A DNA stretch of 64,000 nucleotides from a virus. The notes below the pieces were generated by a model. That model did no database searches. It was given only the letters and a program-made list of their open reading frames with translations, and had not been told where the DNA came from. Both the position numbers and the translations under genes were made by a program. Every line of letters starts with the position of its first letter. The first letter of the stretch is position 1. The stretch lies in the IMG/VR virus record IMGVR_UViG_3300021168_000494, positions 3,304 to 67,303 of that record; one strand, 5' to 3'. This document shows, piece after piece, positions 33,707-43,672 of the stretch.

Positions 33707-36558
33707 AGAAGGATCCTGAATTCACGATCGAGGACGACGACCAGCAAAAGCCGGCCGCTGGTGGATCTGACTTCTCCGTTGGAGATGATGAGACTGCTGC
33801 GCCCGAAGCGAAACCGGAAACTTTTCTCGACCGCGAGGCTGCGGGAAAGAACACGACTTGGGACAGGATCAAACACGGCCTGAATCCCCTCAGTTTTCTC
33901 ACCGACACGAGCGAGGGTCTCGGAAAGATCGGGGATATCGCACAGAAAAAATCCGATGCAGCGCATGAAGCAGATATCCAAGCCACTGGCCGTGGAGAGA
34001 AGCCGCGTGGGACTCTCGGGTCGATCTTTAATCCATCGCAGGGTTATGATCTCGCGGCGCGAACTGCGCGGATGGCTTCTGGATTGACAGAGCCGAAGAA
34101 TGTCGCCATAGGTGCTGGCGCGATTGCGGCTCCTGAAATCGTTGGGCCGGCTCTCGTCGCTCACGGTCTCAGCACTGCGGCTCCGATTGTTTCGAAGTAC
34201 GCCTCGAATGTAAGCAAGGAGGATCTCGGTGGCGGCCTTTCACCTGAAGAAGCAGAAGAGGGACTGGGTGGCCTTGCCGAAGCGGCTGGCGGTGGTGCTG
34301 CGATCGGAGAAATCGGCGCGCGCGGTGGCCTCGGGAAAACGGCGACTGCGAAAGCTGGCGGTGCTGCTCTTGATGCTCTTGGGAATCCGTTGGGCCTGGG
34401 TCTCGAGGGACACGAACTCCTGACGAAGGGCGTGGGACCGCGTGCGCGCGCGACGGGATGGCAGGACGCGATCCAAAGTCCGGGCGTGCAGCGCGCAATT
34501 CTGGAACAGCACGCACAAACTCCAATCACCGGCCTTGAAGATTTCAAAGACGCGATTCCACAGATGAAGGAAAAACTGTGGGATGAAAAAGTTCAGCCGG
34601 CACTCGATCGTCAGGGGCCGCGGCCCGTCGACATGAAGCCGGCCGCTAAAGCTGTCCGCGATGCGATAACTCCCGAGATGCGGCAATTTGACGAGGCTGG
34701 CGTGAAGACCTTAGAAAGTCTCGCGGACAAACTCGAGCGGTCGCGGACCGTCGCCGAGGCGAGCGATCTTCAGAAATACGCGAACGCGCAAGTCGAGAGT
34801 TACTTCAACAAGTATCCGACTGCGCGGCGATCCGCACTCGCAGCCAACCCGGACACGCTTGGATGGGAAACTGCGCGGCGCGCGATCCGCGAACAACTGA
34901 ACGACACGCTCGAACATGCAGGCGAAACGGAAACGGCCGAGGCCCGTAAGGATTACGGGCACATGACGACTCTCGAAAAGGAACTCGAGAAAAAGGTGAA
35001 CGTCAATGATCGAAAGGCACCGACAGGCCTTTACAATTTCCTCGGCACTGCTGGTGGCCTAGCATCGCTTCTGGCCGGCCACGGAGTGATGGCTGCGGGT
35101 CTCTATGGCCTCGGGAAAGTTGCCGAACACTTCAACAAGCCGGATGTGATGATTCGCCGCGGGATCGAGAACCTCAAACCACCCGAGGCTCCTGCGTTCA
35201 CGGCTCCAGCGCCTTTCGTTCCTCCGCAGTACGCAGAGCCGGCAAATCCGGCCCGGGCCGCCTTGCCAGCGCCAGCTGTGCCAGCAGGATACGACGCAGG
35301 ACCATCCGGTCCGGTCCGGGGTGGCCGCTGGACCACGCCAGCAGGGTTGCTGCCTGAATCTGTGCCTCCAATTGGTGGACCTAAAGGACTTCTGCCCGGG
35401 ATCGGCGAACTTGTTCCACGTGGAACGCCCCTCCCGGAGCCCGGAGCGGCCGAACTGGCCCACCCGGAGATGTTCCCGAAGGAGCCGATTGGGGCCGAGG
35501 CGCAGCCACAGACGTATCGTCGGCCCAAAGGGCGGCCAGGGGCCGGCCAGATGGCCCGTGGCTACACAGGGGAGGCCAAGCCGCGCGTAGTGGGCTGGAC
35601 GGCCGATGGAGGGCCAATCTACGAGAAAACCCCCGGCCAGGCGGCTAAACCCCCGGAAACCGCCCCTGTGGGCGAAGGTGGGGGCGTTAAGCCGATGGTG
35701 CCTCCTGCCCGAGAAGTCGGGATCCAACCGCTCGGAAAAGGCTTCGAATTGGGCAAGGGCGAGGACCTCGGCGAGGGTCTCGGTACGCAGCATGAGATTA
35801 CGAAGAACGGGGAGCGAGTGGGCAGCATAACCGTTGAGCCGCGGGGCGATGGTGTGCTACACGTTCACTGGCTCGGTGGCGACCTTGGGGCCGACGCGAT
35901 CCGTGGGCCGCTACTGGATGCGCTGAAGCAGGAATACCCGGAGACGACAAAGCTGACCTACGATCGCCGGCGCCTTGCGAAGGGCGCGAATGCGGCGACG
36001 ACCGAACCTCGGGAAATGAATCTCGGGGAAATCGGTGCAGAGCACGCGCCCACGGGATCGGTGTGGGAAGGGCTTTCGCAGGACGTGAAGGACGCATTCG
36101 ACAAAGAGAAACTTGGCCCAGTGAAAAAGACTGGGATGGAAGACCTCCAGGTTGGCGACACGTTCGTTGACCACGAAGGCGAGCCACGACGGGTAATGGA
36201 GATCACCGAGGACGGGAAAATTCACACGGCAGACGGTACCGAAGTTACCTACGACGGGGACATCGAGCACTTGGGCGAAATCAACTCGCCTCGCGCGCAA
36301 CTTGCGCGTGGTGGAAAGTTCATTCCGAAAGAAAAGCCAACTGCCAAGGCTTCTGAGGAAGTGAAAAAGGCGATTGAGGGCACAGACCTAGAATTTCGCG
36401 GACGTGACGAAATGGGGATCAATCATCTTCACGACCCGCAGACTCAAACGACACTAGCGGTTTACGACAAAGACCTCGACAACGCGAAGATTAAAGAACG
36501 CCTCGAAGCGAAGCGTGATGAATTCTGGAAGACACCGCAAGAAGAAGAGACCCATTAA
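33691..36558 (+). CDS. Large multi-domain ejection/internal virion protein
   Basis: Gly/Ala-rich membrane-like segments, a helical core, a Pro-rich linker and small C-terminal globular domains. Confidence 0.65.
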   Translation: MAAAVKKDPEFTIEDDDQQKPAAGGSDFSVGDDETAAPEAKPETFLDREAAGKNTTWDRIKHGLNPLSFLTDTSEGLGKIGDIAQKKSDAAHEADIQATGRGEKPRGTLGSIFNPSQGYDLAARTARMASGLTEPKNVAIGAGAIAAPEIVGPALVAHGLSTAAPIVSKYASNVSKEDLGGGLSPEEAEEGLGGLAEAAGGGAAIGEIGARGGLGKTATAKAGGAALDALGNPLGLGLEGHELLTKGVGPRARATGWQDAIQSPGVQRAILEQHAQTPITGLEDFKDAIPQMKEKLWDEKVQPALDRQGPRPVDMKPAAKAVRDAITPEMRQFDEAGVKTLESLADKLERSRTVAEASDLQKYANAQVESYFNKYPTARRSALAANPDTLGWETARRAIREQLNDTLEHAGETETAEARKDYGHMTTLEKELEKKVNVNDRKAPTGLYNFLGTAGGLASLLAGHGVMAAGLYGLGKVAEHFNKPDVMIRRGIENLKPPEAPAFTAPAPFVPPQYAEPANPARAALPAPAVPAGYDAGPSGPVRGGRWTTPAGLLPESVPPIGGPKGLLPGIGELVPRGTPLPEPGAAELAHPEMFPKEPIGAEAQPQTYRRPKGRPGAGQMARGYTGEAKPRVVGWTADGGPIYEKTPGQAAKPPETAPVGEGGGVKPMVPPAREVGIQPLGKGFELGKGEDLGEGLGTQHEITKNGERVGSITVEPRGDGVLHVHWLGGDLGADAIRGPLLDALKQEYPETTKLTYDRRRLAKGANAATTEPREMNLGEIGAEHAPTGSVWEGLSQDVKDAFDKEKLGPVKKTGMEDLQVGDTFVDHEGEPRRVMEITEDGKIHTADGTEVTYDGDIEHLGEINSPRAQLARGGKFIPKEKPTAKASEEVKKAIEGTDLEFRGRDEMGINHLHDPQTQTTLAVYDKDLDNAKIKERLEAKRDEFWKTPQEEETH
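35412..35427. promoter_or_regulatory. parS: Second parS-like palindrome (inside a CDS)
   Basis: TGTTCCACGTGGAACG. Confidence 0.65.
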
Positions 36559-36746
36559 ATGTGCGCGCGGTGGCTGCCACGGCAGCCCGTGATCCGGCAT
36601 TCGTGCTCCCAAATATCACCGGAAATGTGGCTGACATCGACCTTGTCCTCGCGGCTTGCCCGGATCTCGTCGGTGGTGCGATCAATCGCAGCGATCACGT
36701 AATAAACCAAAAAGGCCAAGAACACGCAAAACGAAAGGAATTCCAT
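36555..36746 (-). CDS. Small membrane protein
   Basis: GGGAGG SD; N-terminal transmembrane helix. Confidence 0.55.
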   Translation of the reverse strand: MEFLSFCVFLAFLVYYVIAAIDRTTDEIRASREDKVDVSHISGDIWEHECRITGCRGSHRAHI

Positions 36747-36748
36747 CG

Positions 36749-36898
36749 TTACCTCCCTGCGATCCAACGCTCGCGGAATTTAGCACAATAATCCGAGAAA
36801 GTGTCGGGCGCCGTCACAATCACCACCTGGTAGCCGCTTACGAACTTGCGCCAGAGGTCGGCGCGAAAGGCGATTTGTTCGGGTGTCTGCTTCATCAT
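36749..36898 (-). CDS. Small hypothetical protein (49 aa)
   Basis: AGGAGG SD; MMKQTPEQIAFRADLW... Confidence 0.5.
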   Translation of the reverse strand: MMKQTPEQIAFRADLWRKFVSGYQVVIVTAPDTFSDYCAKFRERWIAGR

Positions 36899-36940
36899 GT
36901 CCTCCTACCCACAGTCTGCTGATCGGGCGAGCTTTTGGGA

Positions 36941-37483
36941 ATGGTACAGTACGGTTGGTTGCTTAGTACCGAAGTACCGGAGGACGAAGTGCCGATGAAT
37001 CGCATGGTGGACGGCCAGATCGTTGGCGACACGATTGGACGGTATGAAGCCGGGCAGAAGTTCAGACCTATCGAAAGCATCGAATTCATTGAGCAGCAAA
37101 TCAGTGGACGGTGGGTCGTTCGCATTCCTCGTTTTCTCGCCGAGTATCACGGATGGTGGGATACGTGGGAAAAAGAACGGCACGAGTCGATGTTCGAGCA
37201 CCTGAAAGCAGGGATGCTTTTCTACGAAGTTGGTGCGGCTGATGGGTGGCAAGCTGTGTTTTACGCTTCGATGGTCGGTGGAGCGTCGAACATGGTCCTG
37301 ATCGAACCGACTCCTGAACTCTGGCCGAATATCAAAGCGATTTGGGAGCAAAATAATCTCTCGATGCCGCTGGCGACGTACTTGGGATTTTGCGGAGAGC
37401 ACGACGCAGGGATCGGCACCGTCAAATTATCGTCGTGGCCGCAACTTCAGGGCTATCCTCCTGTGATGGTCCTCCTTCCGTAA
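36941..37483 (+). CDS. FkbM-like SAM methyltransferase, apparently C-terminally truncated
   Basis: 'L..GM.FYEVGA..G...........V..IEP'; lacks the downstream IDVEG motif. Confidence 0.6.
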   Translation: MVQYGWLLSTEVPEDEVPMNRMVDGQIVGDTIGRYEAGQKFRPIESIEFIEQQISGRWVVRIPRFLAEYHGWWDTWEKERHESMFEHLKAGMLFYEVGAADGWQAVFYASMVGGASNMVLIEPTPELWPNIKAIWEQNNLSMPLATYLGFCGEHDAGIGTVKLSSWPQLQGYPPVMVLLP

Positions 37484-37506
37484 AATCGACGAATCAGGAT
37501 TTCCAC

Positions 37507-37541
37507 ATTGGGAACGCGTCTCGCCTCGTGTTCCCAATTTT
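37507..37541 (+). terminator. Hairpin with T-tract
   Basis: ATTGGGAAC...GTTCCCAAT followed by TTT. Confidence 0.5.
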
Positions 37542-37576
37542 CATTTACGGAGAAGCGGTATATACTCTCGCCCGAC

Positions 37577-37795
37577 ATGGGACCCCAGGAGACCACTTCG
37601 GAAGAAGTGGCCGAGTTCAGGAAGGCGATGGATGCTCTGCGGGGGTGTGGTCGCGTGCCGCTCGGAATCCTAGCTTACAACGTAGAGAAACAAGAGTTCA
37701 CTCTCACGCGATTTCCTGGCATCGGGATCGACGAAGTGGACGTTCTCCTCAAGACGATAAAAATGCAGGTTACGCAGACCGGAACGAAAACATGA
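37577..37795 (+). CDS. Hypothetical protein
   Basis: ATGA overlap with the glycosyltransferase; downstream of TATACT. Confidence 0.5.
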   Translation: MGPQETTSEEVAEFRKAMDALRGCGRVPLGILAYNVEKQEFTLTRFPGIGIDEVDVLLKTIKMQVTQTGTKT

Positions 37796-39693
37796 AAATT
37801 GCGATCGTGACGAACTTGAACGGCATCGGGCTCACGCGGGATGAAGAACTCCTCGGAGATTACCTACACTCGAAAGGACACGGCGTCGTGGGCCTCCAAT
37901 ACGACCTCCCGCAAGAGGCGATGGATGGCACGCCGGCGTTTCAGGAAAGATACGACCTCGCGATCTTCCTCGAAGTGATCCCGCGGCACCTGCTCAATCT
38001 GGCACCGGTGAAGTGGGCCTGGTTGAATCCAGAGTGGGTGAAGCCAGAGATGATCCGGTTGATCGACCGGAACATCGACAAAATCTTCGCCAAAACTCAC
38101 GAGGCGTTTCGACTTTTTTCTCCACTCTGGCCGAAGCGCACGCACTACACCGGCTTCATGGCCCGGGATCAGTACAACGAAAACCTTTCGAGGTTCCCGT
38201 GGTTTTTGCACATCGGTGGGAATTCCTCAATCCGCGGAACTCAAGCGGTCGTGGATGCCTGGCGCTGGAAAAAGAACGGCAAGGCGCTGGACGCTCGCCT
38301 GTTCGTGATAAGCAGCGTACTCCAGGACAAGCCAGAACTTCCGAACGTAACTTATTTTGACCGCGCATCCGAAGATGCTCTGAAAGTGCTGCAGAACGAG
38401 TGCCTCTTCCACATCTATCCGGCCGCCACGGAGGGATACGGGCACGCTTTGCACGAGGCCCTAGGCGTCAATGCCTTCGTGATCAGCACGGATGCCCCAC
38501 CGATGAACGAGTTCGGTGCTGCGCTACGGTTGCCGGCGAGGAAAGCCGGCCGCTACAACCTAGCCGACCTCTACGAAGTCTCGGCTCTTGATATTTACGA
38601 CGCTGTCGAGAACATCCTGCGCCTCTACCCGGACCAGATCGAGCAGAATTCTAGGGATCATTTTCTTGTTCAAAATCAGATGTTCAAAGACATTCTCGAC
38701 ACACACATGCTGGACGTCCGTCCACGGCAGGCGCCCATTTCCGCAGGGAGAGCATTGAATCGGGTCGCTTTCCTCGGGAACTTCCTCACGACCGACAGCA
38801 CCGAAAGCATGGTGCAGTGGGCACTCGAGGAGCGCCTAGGTGTCGAGGTCGAGACGTTGCAGGAAAACAAGGTGAACCTGCGGATGCTCGAAGAGGCGAT
38901 GGAATGGAACGATATTTTCCTGTGGGTCCACACCCGGAATTTTTCCCAGGTCCCGGACAACGCGATGCTCATGTTCCTGCAGGATCTCCGCAAGCGGAAG
39001 ATTCCCACGGTCTCCATGCATCTCGACAAATTTTGGGGCATCCCTGATCGAGAGAAGCGGATCGGCTTGGATCCATTCTGGAAAACAGAGTTCGTGTTCA
39101 CAGCGGACGGATCGCACCAGGCTGAGTTTTTTGCGGCCGGCGTGAATCACATTTGGATGAAGCCGGCAATGAGCGAGGTCTACTGCCACCCAGGCGTTCC
39201 ACGCGAAGAGTTCCGCTGCGACGTAGGCTTTGTGGGAGCGAAGGGATACCACGCAGAATACCCGTTCCGTCCGCAACTCGTGGAGTGGCTCGAGGAGACC
39301 TATGGTGGCCGCTTCAGGCACATCACGGACGTCCGTGGGCACGCACTGAACGATTTCTACGCATCCTGCAAGGTGGTCGTTGGCGACTGCATCTTCGCTG
39401 GCACGCCGAACTATTGGTCTGATCGCTTACCGGAAACCTGCGGTCGTTTCGGGTTCCTGCTTCATCCGGGCGTCGAGGGCCTCGGCGACCATCCAGTCAC
39501 CCGCTACGTCCCGCAGGACCTTGACCACCTGCATCATAAAATCGAATGGGCACTCAGCAACGACGTGGCAAGGAACTCGATTCGGCAACTGTGTGCTCAA
39601 TACGTGCGGAATCGGGACACTTGGACAGACCGGATGAATGAGATCCTGCACATTGTACGAGGAGAGAACCATGCCAAATTGCACAAAGGCTGA
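37792..39693 (+). CDS. Two-domain GT-B glycosyltransferase (GT4-like plus CgeB-like)
   Basis: 'EGYGH...EAL.....ISTD.PPMNE' in domain 1; 'DVGFVG', 'YWSDR..E..G', 'TW..R' in domain 2. Confidence 0.85.
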   Translation: MKIAIVTNLNGIGLTRDEELLGDYLHSKGHGVVGLQYDLPQEAMDGTPAFQERYDLAIFLEVIPRHLLNLAPVKWAWLNPEWVKPEMIRLIDRNIDKIFAKTHEAFRLFSPLWPKRTHYTGFMARDQYNENLSRFPWFLHIGGNSSIRGTQAVVDAWRWKKNGKALDARLFVISSVLQDKPELPNVTYFDRASEDALKVLQNECLFHIYPAATEGYGHALHEALGVNAFVISTDAPPMNEFGAALRLPARKAGRYNLADLYEVSALDIYDAVENILRLYPDQIEQNSRDHFLVQNQMFKDILDTHMLDVRPRQAPISAGRALNRVAFLGNFLTTDSTESMVQWALEERLGVEVETLQENKVNLRMLEEAMEWNDIFLWVHTRNFSQVPDNAMLMFLQDLRKRKIPTVSMHLDKFWGIPDREKRIGLDPFWKTEFVFTADGSHQAEFFAAGVNHIWMKPAMSEVYCHPGVPREEFRCDVGFVGAKGYHAEYPFRPQLVEWLEETYGGRFRHITDVRGHALNDFYASCKVVVGDCIFAGTPNYWSDRLPETCGRFGFLLHPGVEGLGDHPVTRYVPQDLDHLHHKIEWALSNDVARNSIRQLCAQYVRNRDTWTDRMNEILHIVRGENHAKLHKG

Positions 39694-39988
39694 TTGCGGG
39701 AAGCCCGGAACACGCGCGTTGAAACTCGAATTCTACGCGAGTGCGGATGCCCCACCGGCAACGGCGTTCATCAATCTTCCGGTCTGCGACGAGCACAACC
39801 TGACCGATGATGAGGTCCGGGAGTTCCTGCGGATCAACTGGGAAGTGCTCTGCATGGGATTCGACCAGGTAGGAAACCTGAAGCCGGATCCAACGCTCAC
39901 GAAGTTCGAATGGGCACCGTGGGCCGAAGCTGAAGAATTCTGGCGCGTGGGAATGGCCAAGCCGCGCACGACGTTCAGGAAAAACTGA
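39671..39988 (+). CDS. Hypothetical protein (C...C...C..H)
   Basis: GAGGAG SD; TGATG overlap. Confidence 0.6.
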   Translation: MPNCTKADCGKPGTRALKLEFYASADAPPATAFINLPVCDEHNLTDDEVREFLRINWEVLCMGFDQVGNLKPDPTLTKFEWAPWAEAEEFWRVGMAKPRTTFRKN

Positions 39989-40968
39989 TGAAGATACTGA
40001 TCACGGGCGCCGCTGGCTTCCTAGCCGCGCACTTCGTCGAATTCCTTCTCAAGAATACGGACTGGGAGATCGTCCTGTTCGACAGATTCACTCACGGGGC
40101 GATTCGATTGCAGGAACTGAAGGCTTTCGAATCTCCACGAGTGAGCCAGCACGCCATCAGGCTCGAGGACCGCGTGAACGAGCCAACCATGAACACCATC
40201 GGCCAATTGGATTACATCGTTCACCTTGGCGGTCGCACTCAACTGAGCGAATCGCTGAACGCGCCCTTGGTGTTCATGGAGGCGAACATCCTAGGCACCT
40301 GCCAGATGCTCGAGCTCGCGCGCCGGCAAAAGAACCTTAAGAAATTCCTCTACCTGTCGAGCGATGAGATGTATGGTCCGTCTCCTGACGGCAGCACATT
40401 GACCGAGCAGTCGCCTTACAATCCCCTCACGCCCTATGCAGCCACAAAAATATCCGCAGTCGAATTGACTCTGGCCTGGGGCAACACCTACGGGGTCCCG
40501 GTCGTCATCGCAACGTGCATGAGCCTCATCGGGGAGCGGCAACCAGCCGACAAATTCCTCCCGCGGGTGGTGCGCGCTGGCCTCACGGACAAAGCGGTCA
40601 CGATCTACGTCGACCAGAAAAGTGGCCATCACTACGTTAGCGATTTCCTTCATGCCCGGGACGTAGTGTCTGCGCTAATGTTCCTGCTCGAGAATGGCAA
40701 GCCTCTCGACAAATACAACGTTGCCGGAATCCATCCTCATCGAAATTTGAAACTGGTCCTTGAGGTGGAAAGGATTTTGAAGAGGCCAATCCGGTATGAA
40801 CGCGTGAACGCCGCGATCGCGCGCCCTGGCTTTGCGATGCGGTCGGGACTGAACGGCACCAAGTTGCTAGGAATGGGATGGCGACCGCTTCGGTCCTTTG
40901 AACAAAGCGTCGAGGAAACCGTGCTGTGGATGGTTCGCCCGGAAAATCTGCACTGGTTGGGGATATGA
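39988..40968 (+). CDS. NAD-dependent NDP-sugar dehydratase (RmlB-like SDR)
   Basis: 'ILITGAAGF', 'SSDE.YG', 'PYAATK', 'GERQ..KF.P'. Confidence 0.88.
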   Translation: MKILITGAAGFLAAHFVEFLLKNTDWEIVLFDRFTHGAIRLQELKAFESPRVSQHAIRLEDRVNEPTMNTIGQLDYIVHLGGRTQLSESLNAPLVFMEANILGTCQMLELARRQKNLKKFLYLSSDEMYGPSPDGSTLTEQSPYNPLTPYAATKISAVELTLAWGNTYGVPVVIATCMSLIGERQPADKFLPRVVRAGLTDKAVTIYVDQKSGHHYVSDFLHARDVVSALMFLLENGKPLDKYNVAGIHPHRNLKLVLEVERILKRPIRYERVNAAIARPGFAMRSGLNGTKLLGMGWRPLRSFEQSVEETVLWMVRPENLHWLGI

Positions 40969-41852
40969 AAGTTCCGATCATCTGGCACGCGCAGGAGGAC
41001 AGCCGCGGCTACTATGGCTGCACTGCGATGGTCAACGACCTGTTCGATCACTACGCTTGCGGACCGCACTATCCTGGGCGTGGTCGGATGCCGGAAGTGG
41101 ACGGTGCCGTCGTCGTGGTTCACGGTGGCCGAGAACTCGGTGGCCTCGACAAATTGAACCTCGACCTGCAGAAATTCCCAAAATGGGTGCTGATCATCGC
41201 CCTCGGCGACGAAGAGAGCAGCTTCCCGATCGAGAAGATGGAACACCCGAATAAGATCGTGTGGATACAGGAGCCGCTTCCTGGCCGGCATGATTTCGCC
41301 GATCGCTACATCGTCGACGGCTACGGCCACGACCATTGGAGGCACGTCGTTCAGTGCGAGAAGGACCTCGACTGGTTCTTCGGAGGGCAGATCACCCACG
41401 GGCGCCGGCTCGCGTGTGTTAACGCCCTGCGGACGGTCGACTGGGGCGGGATCGTGATCGAGACCCGCGGATACTTTCAGGGGATATCCCTAAGCGAATA
41501 TTACCGGACGCTCTGCAGGGCGAAGATCGTGCCTTGCCCGTCCGGGCCTTTCTCACCGGATGCTGCTCGTCCGTGGGATGCACTGGAATGCGGTGCGGTG
41601 CCGATTCTGGATGACCACAGCCCGACTCGTCCGGAGCCCGGATTTTGGACATACGTTCTCGGCTCGCATCCGCTTCCGGTGATTCGGGACTGGTCGCTCC
41701 TGCCGACCTACCTGAAGGAGATCAAAGCCAACTACGAAAATCTCCAACCGATGTGCATGCAGTGGTGGGCGCGTTACAAATCGAATTTTAAAGTTCAATT
41801 CGCCCAGGACCTTATGGAACTCCAGGAGAAAGCCCAATGTATAAAGACGTGA
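40965..41852 (+). CDS. Exostosin/GT47-like glycosyltransferase
   Basis: 'FFGG', 'EY...L..AK..PCPSG......R.W.ALE.GAVPI'. Confidence 0.75.
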   Translation: MKVPIIWHAQEDSRGYYGCTAMVNDLFDHYACGPHYPGRGRMPEVDGAVVVVHGGRELGGLDKLNLDLQKFPKWVLIIALGDEESSFPIEKMEHPNKIVWIQEPLPGRHDFADRYIVDGYGHDHWRHVVQCEKDLDWFFGGQITHGRRLACVNALRTVDWGGIVIETRGYFQGISLSEYYRTLCRAKIVPCPSGPFSPDAARPWDALECGAVPILDDHSPTRPEPGFWTYVLGSHPLPVIRDWSLLPTYLKEIKANYENLQPMCMQWWARYKSNFKVQFAQDLMELQEKAQCIKT

Positions 41853-42619
41853 TCACCGCTGTCATGACGACGTCGCCGATCCCGAGCCATCCGAGCACGG
41901 TCGTCGTCGACCAGGTGATCGACAGCATCCAGCATCACCTCGGAGGCGTCGAGATCCTGCTGCTCTGCGATGGCGTGCGGGAACCTGAACACGAATCGCG
42001 CCGGCCAGCTTACGAGGAATACAAAAAGCGGATGCGGTACCGTCCGTGCGTGCGGCTCGCGGCCTGGGATCACAGCGTCCAACAGGCACAGATGTTCCGG
42101 CAGGCGCTGCCAAACGTCAAAACTCCGCTCATGCTTTACATCGAACACGACTACGCCCTCACACTCGATCCGATAGATTGGGAAGGGATCGTCAACGCGA
42201 TTCAGCAGGAGCGAACGAACTGCGTGCGCTTTCACAACCTCGAGGAAATCCATCCACTGCACCAGCACCTGATGCTCGACTGCTTCGAGGGCGCCGATGG
42301 GCACCACGGTGGACGGAAGATTTGCGAGCCTCCGCTTGTCTGTGGCGTGCCGATGATCCGCACCGTCCAGTTTTGGGGCTGTCCGCACCTGACAAAAACA
42401 GAGTGGTACGTCCGACAGATGCTCGATCCGACGAAATTCAGCGACCGGAGCTACACGGAGATCGAGCCGGCGATGTACGGGCACGTCTGCGATTCCCCGT
42501 GGGAGGATTACAAGCTGATGGTGTATGCTCCGTCCGAACCTTCGATGCGCCGCAGCATCCACGTTGGCGGCCGCGGCCACGATAAAGACGATCCGAAGAG
42601 GGACTTTATATTTCGGTGA
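41837..42619 (+). CDS. GT-A fold glycosyltransferase-like protein
   Basis: 'VKTP...YIEHD' DxD-like motif; closing 'H.GGR'. Confidence 0.7.
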   Translation: MYKDVITAVMTTSPIPSHPSTVVVDQVIDSIQHHLGGVEILLLCDGVREPEHESRRPAYEEYKKRMRYRPCVRLAAWDHSVQQAQMFRQALPNVKTPLMLYIEHDYALTLDPIDWEGIVNAIQQERTNCVRFHNLEEIHPLHQHLMLDCFEGADGHHGGRKICEPPLVCGVPMIRTVQFWGCPHLTKTEWYVRQMLDPTKFSDRSYTEIEPAMYGHVCDSPWEDYKLMVYAPSEPSMRRSIHVGGRGHDKDDPKRDFIFR

Positions 42620-42644
42620 ACCTGGTACGGTAAGAAAGGAAAAT

Positions 42645-43118
42645 ATGGCTGACGAAGATGAAGTCAAGAACGATGGGAGTGCAGAAGTCTACGACGATCA
42701 CTCTGTTGACAATTCCGTCCATCACGCAGTGAACCTTTGGCCGCTGGCTATCATTGGGGTTGTGGCCGCTGCGCTAATTGCGGCGAGTATTTTCCTGCCT
42801 GATGCCAAGCATCGAGCGGAGACGGTTCCCAATGGAAAGAGTTATCAGGCGATCGGCAACATCGTGGATTGTTTGCCACTGAGCCAATTTGGGAACGGCC
42901 CATATCGTAGTTTTGTCCGCACGCCAAGGGAAGAATTTTTCTCCGTTTATTGGAGGCGCGACTTCCAACCCCCAATTTTCGGCGCAGCGATTGGTGAATT
43001 GAAGTACCACCAGTGCGGCCAGCAAGATGGAGTTACGGTTCACTGCTTCGATTCATTTGCTGTGAGTTCGCAGCGCGTGAAAGTACTTGATCTTAGTCCG
43101 GATCCAGCGAAAAAATAA
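42645..43118 (+). CDS. Single-pass membrane protein inside the glycosylation cluster
   Basis: AAGGA SD; one transmembrane helix; AT-richer codons. Confidence 0.6.
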   Translation: MADEDEVKNDGSAEVYDDHSVDNSVHHAVNLWPLAIIGVVAAALIAASIFLPDAKHRAETVPNGKSYQAIGNIVDCLPLSQFGNGPYRSFVRTPREEFFSVYWRRDFQPPIFGAAIGELKYHQCGQQDGVTVHCFDSFAVSSQRVKVLDLSPDPAKK

Positions 43119-43672
43119 TGAACATCGAAAAAGCACTGCGCGTACCGGGATGGATGAGCCCACCGGAGTTAGAGTGGCTCGCGGAACAGGCACACCACAG
43201 CGACCTGATTGCCGAAATCGGTTGCTGGATGGGCCGCTCGACCCGGGCGATGGCCGACGCAACAGATGGCGCGATCGTGGCGATCGACACTTGGGAAGGG
43301 AGCGCCGAAAATCAAGACGAGTTGAAGGACAAGGCCCCCGATTACCTGTTCCAGGAATTCAATACGAACCTCGCGGATCATTTGAGGACCGGTCACGTTG
43401 TGGCGATGCGCGGGTCCTCTCTCTCCGCTGCTGCCGCTTTTGCCATGCAGAAAAAACGTTTCGACATGGTCTTTATCGACGCGGCGCACGACTACGCCAG
43501 CGTCAAAGCCGATATCCTCGCGTGGCTCCCGCTGGTTATTACCGGTGGTTTGATCTGCGGTCACGATTACGACTGGGGATGGCCCGGGGTTGTCCACGCC
43601 GTCCGGGAACTAATTTCGCCGACTCCCAACCAGGCGGCCGGTGGTTCCTCGATTTGGTACAAGCAACTATGA
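43118..43672 (+). CDS. Class I SAM methyltransferase (Methyltransf_24-like)
   Basis: 'EIG.W.GRST', 'IDTW.GS', 'D.VFIDA.H.Y..V..D', 'GG.I.GHDY'. Confidence 0.88.
   Translation: MNIEKALRVPGWMSPPELEWLAEQAHHSDLIAEIGCWMGRSTRAMADATDGAIVAIDTWEGSAENQDELKDKAPDYLFQEFNTNLADHLRTGHVVAMRGSSLSAAAAFAMQKKRFDMVFIDAAHDYASVKADILAWLPLVITGGLICGHDYDWGWPGVVHAVRELISPTPNQAAGGSSIWYKQL

Noticed and set aside
37390-37791. Long N-terminal extensions of track ORFs (37390, 43087, 29171)
   Set aside because: They overlap other credible genes; SD or coupling supports starts at 37792, 43669 and 29681.
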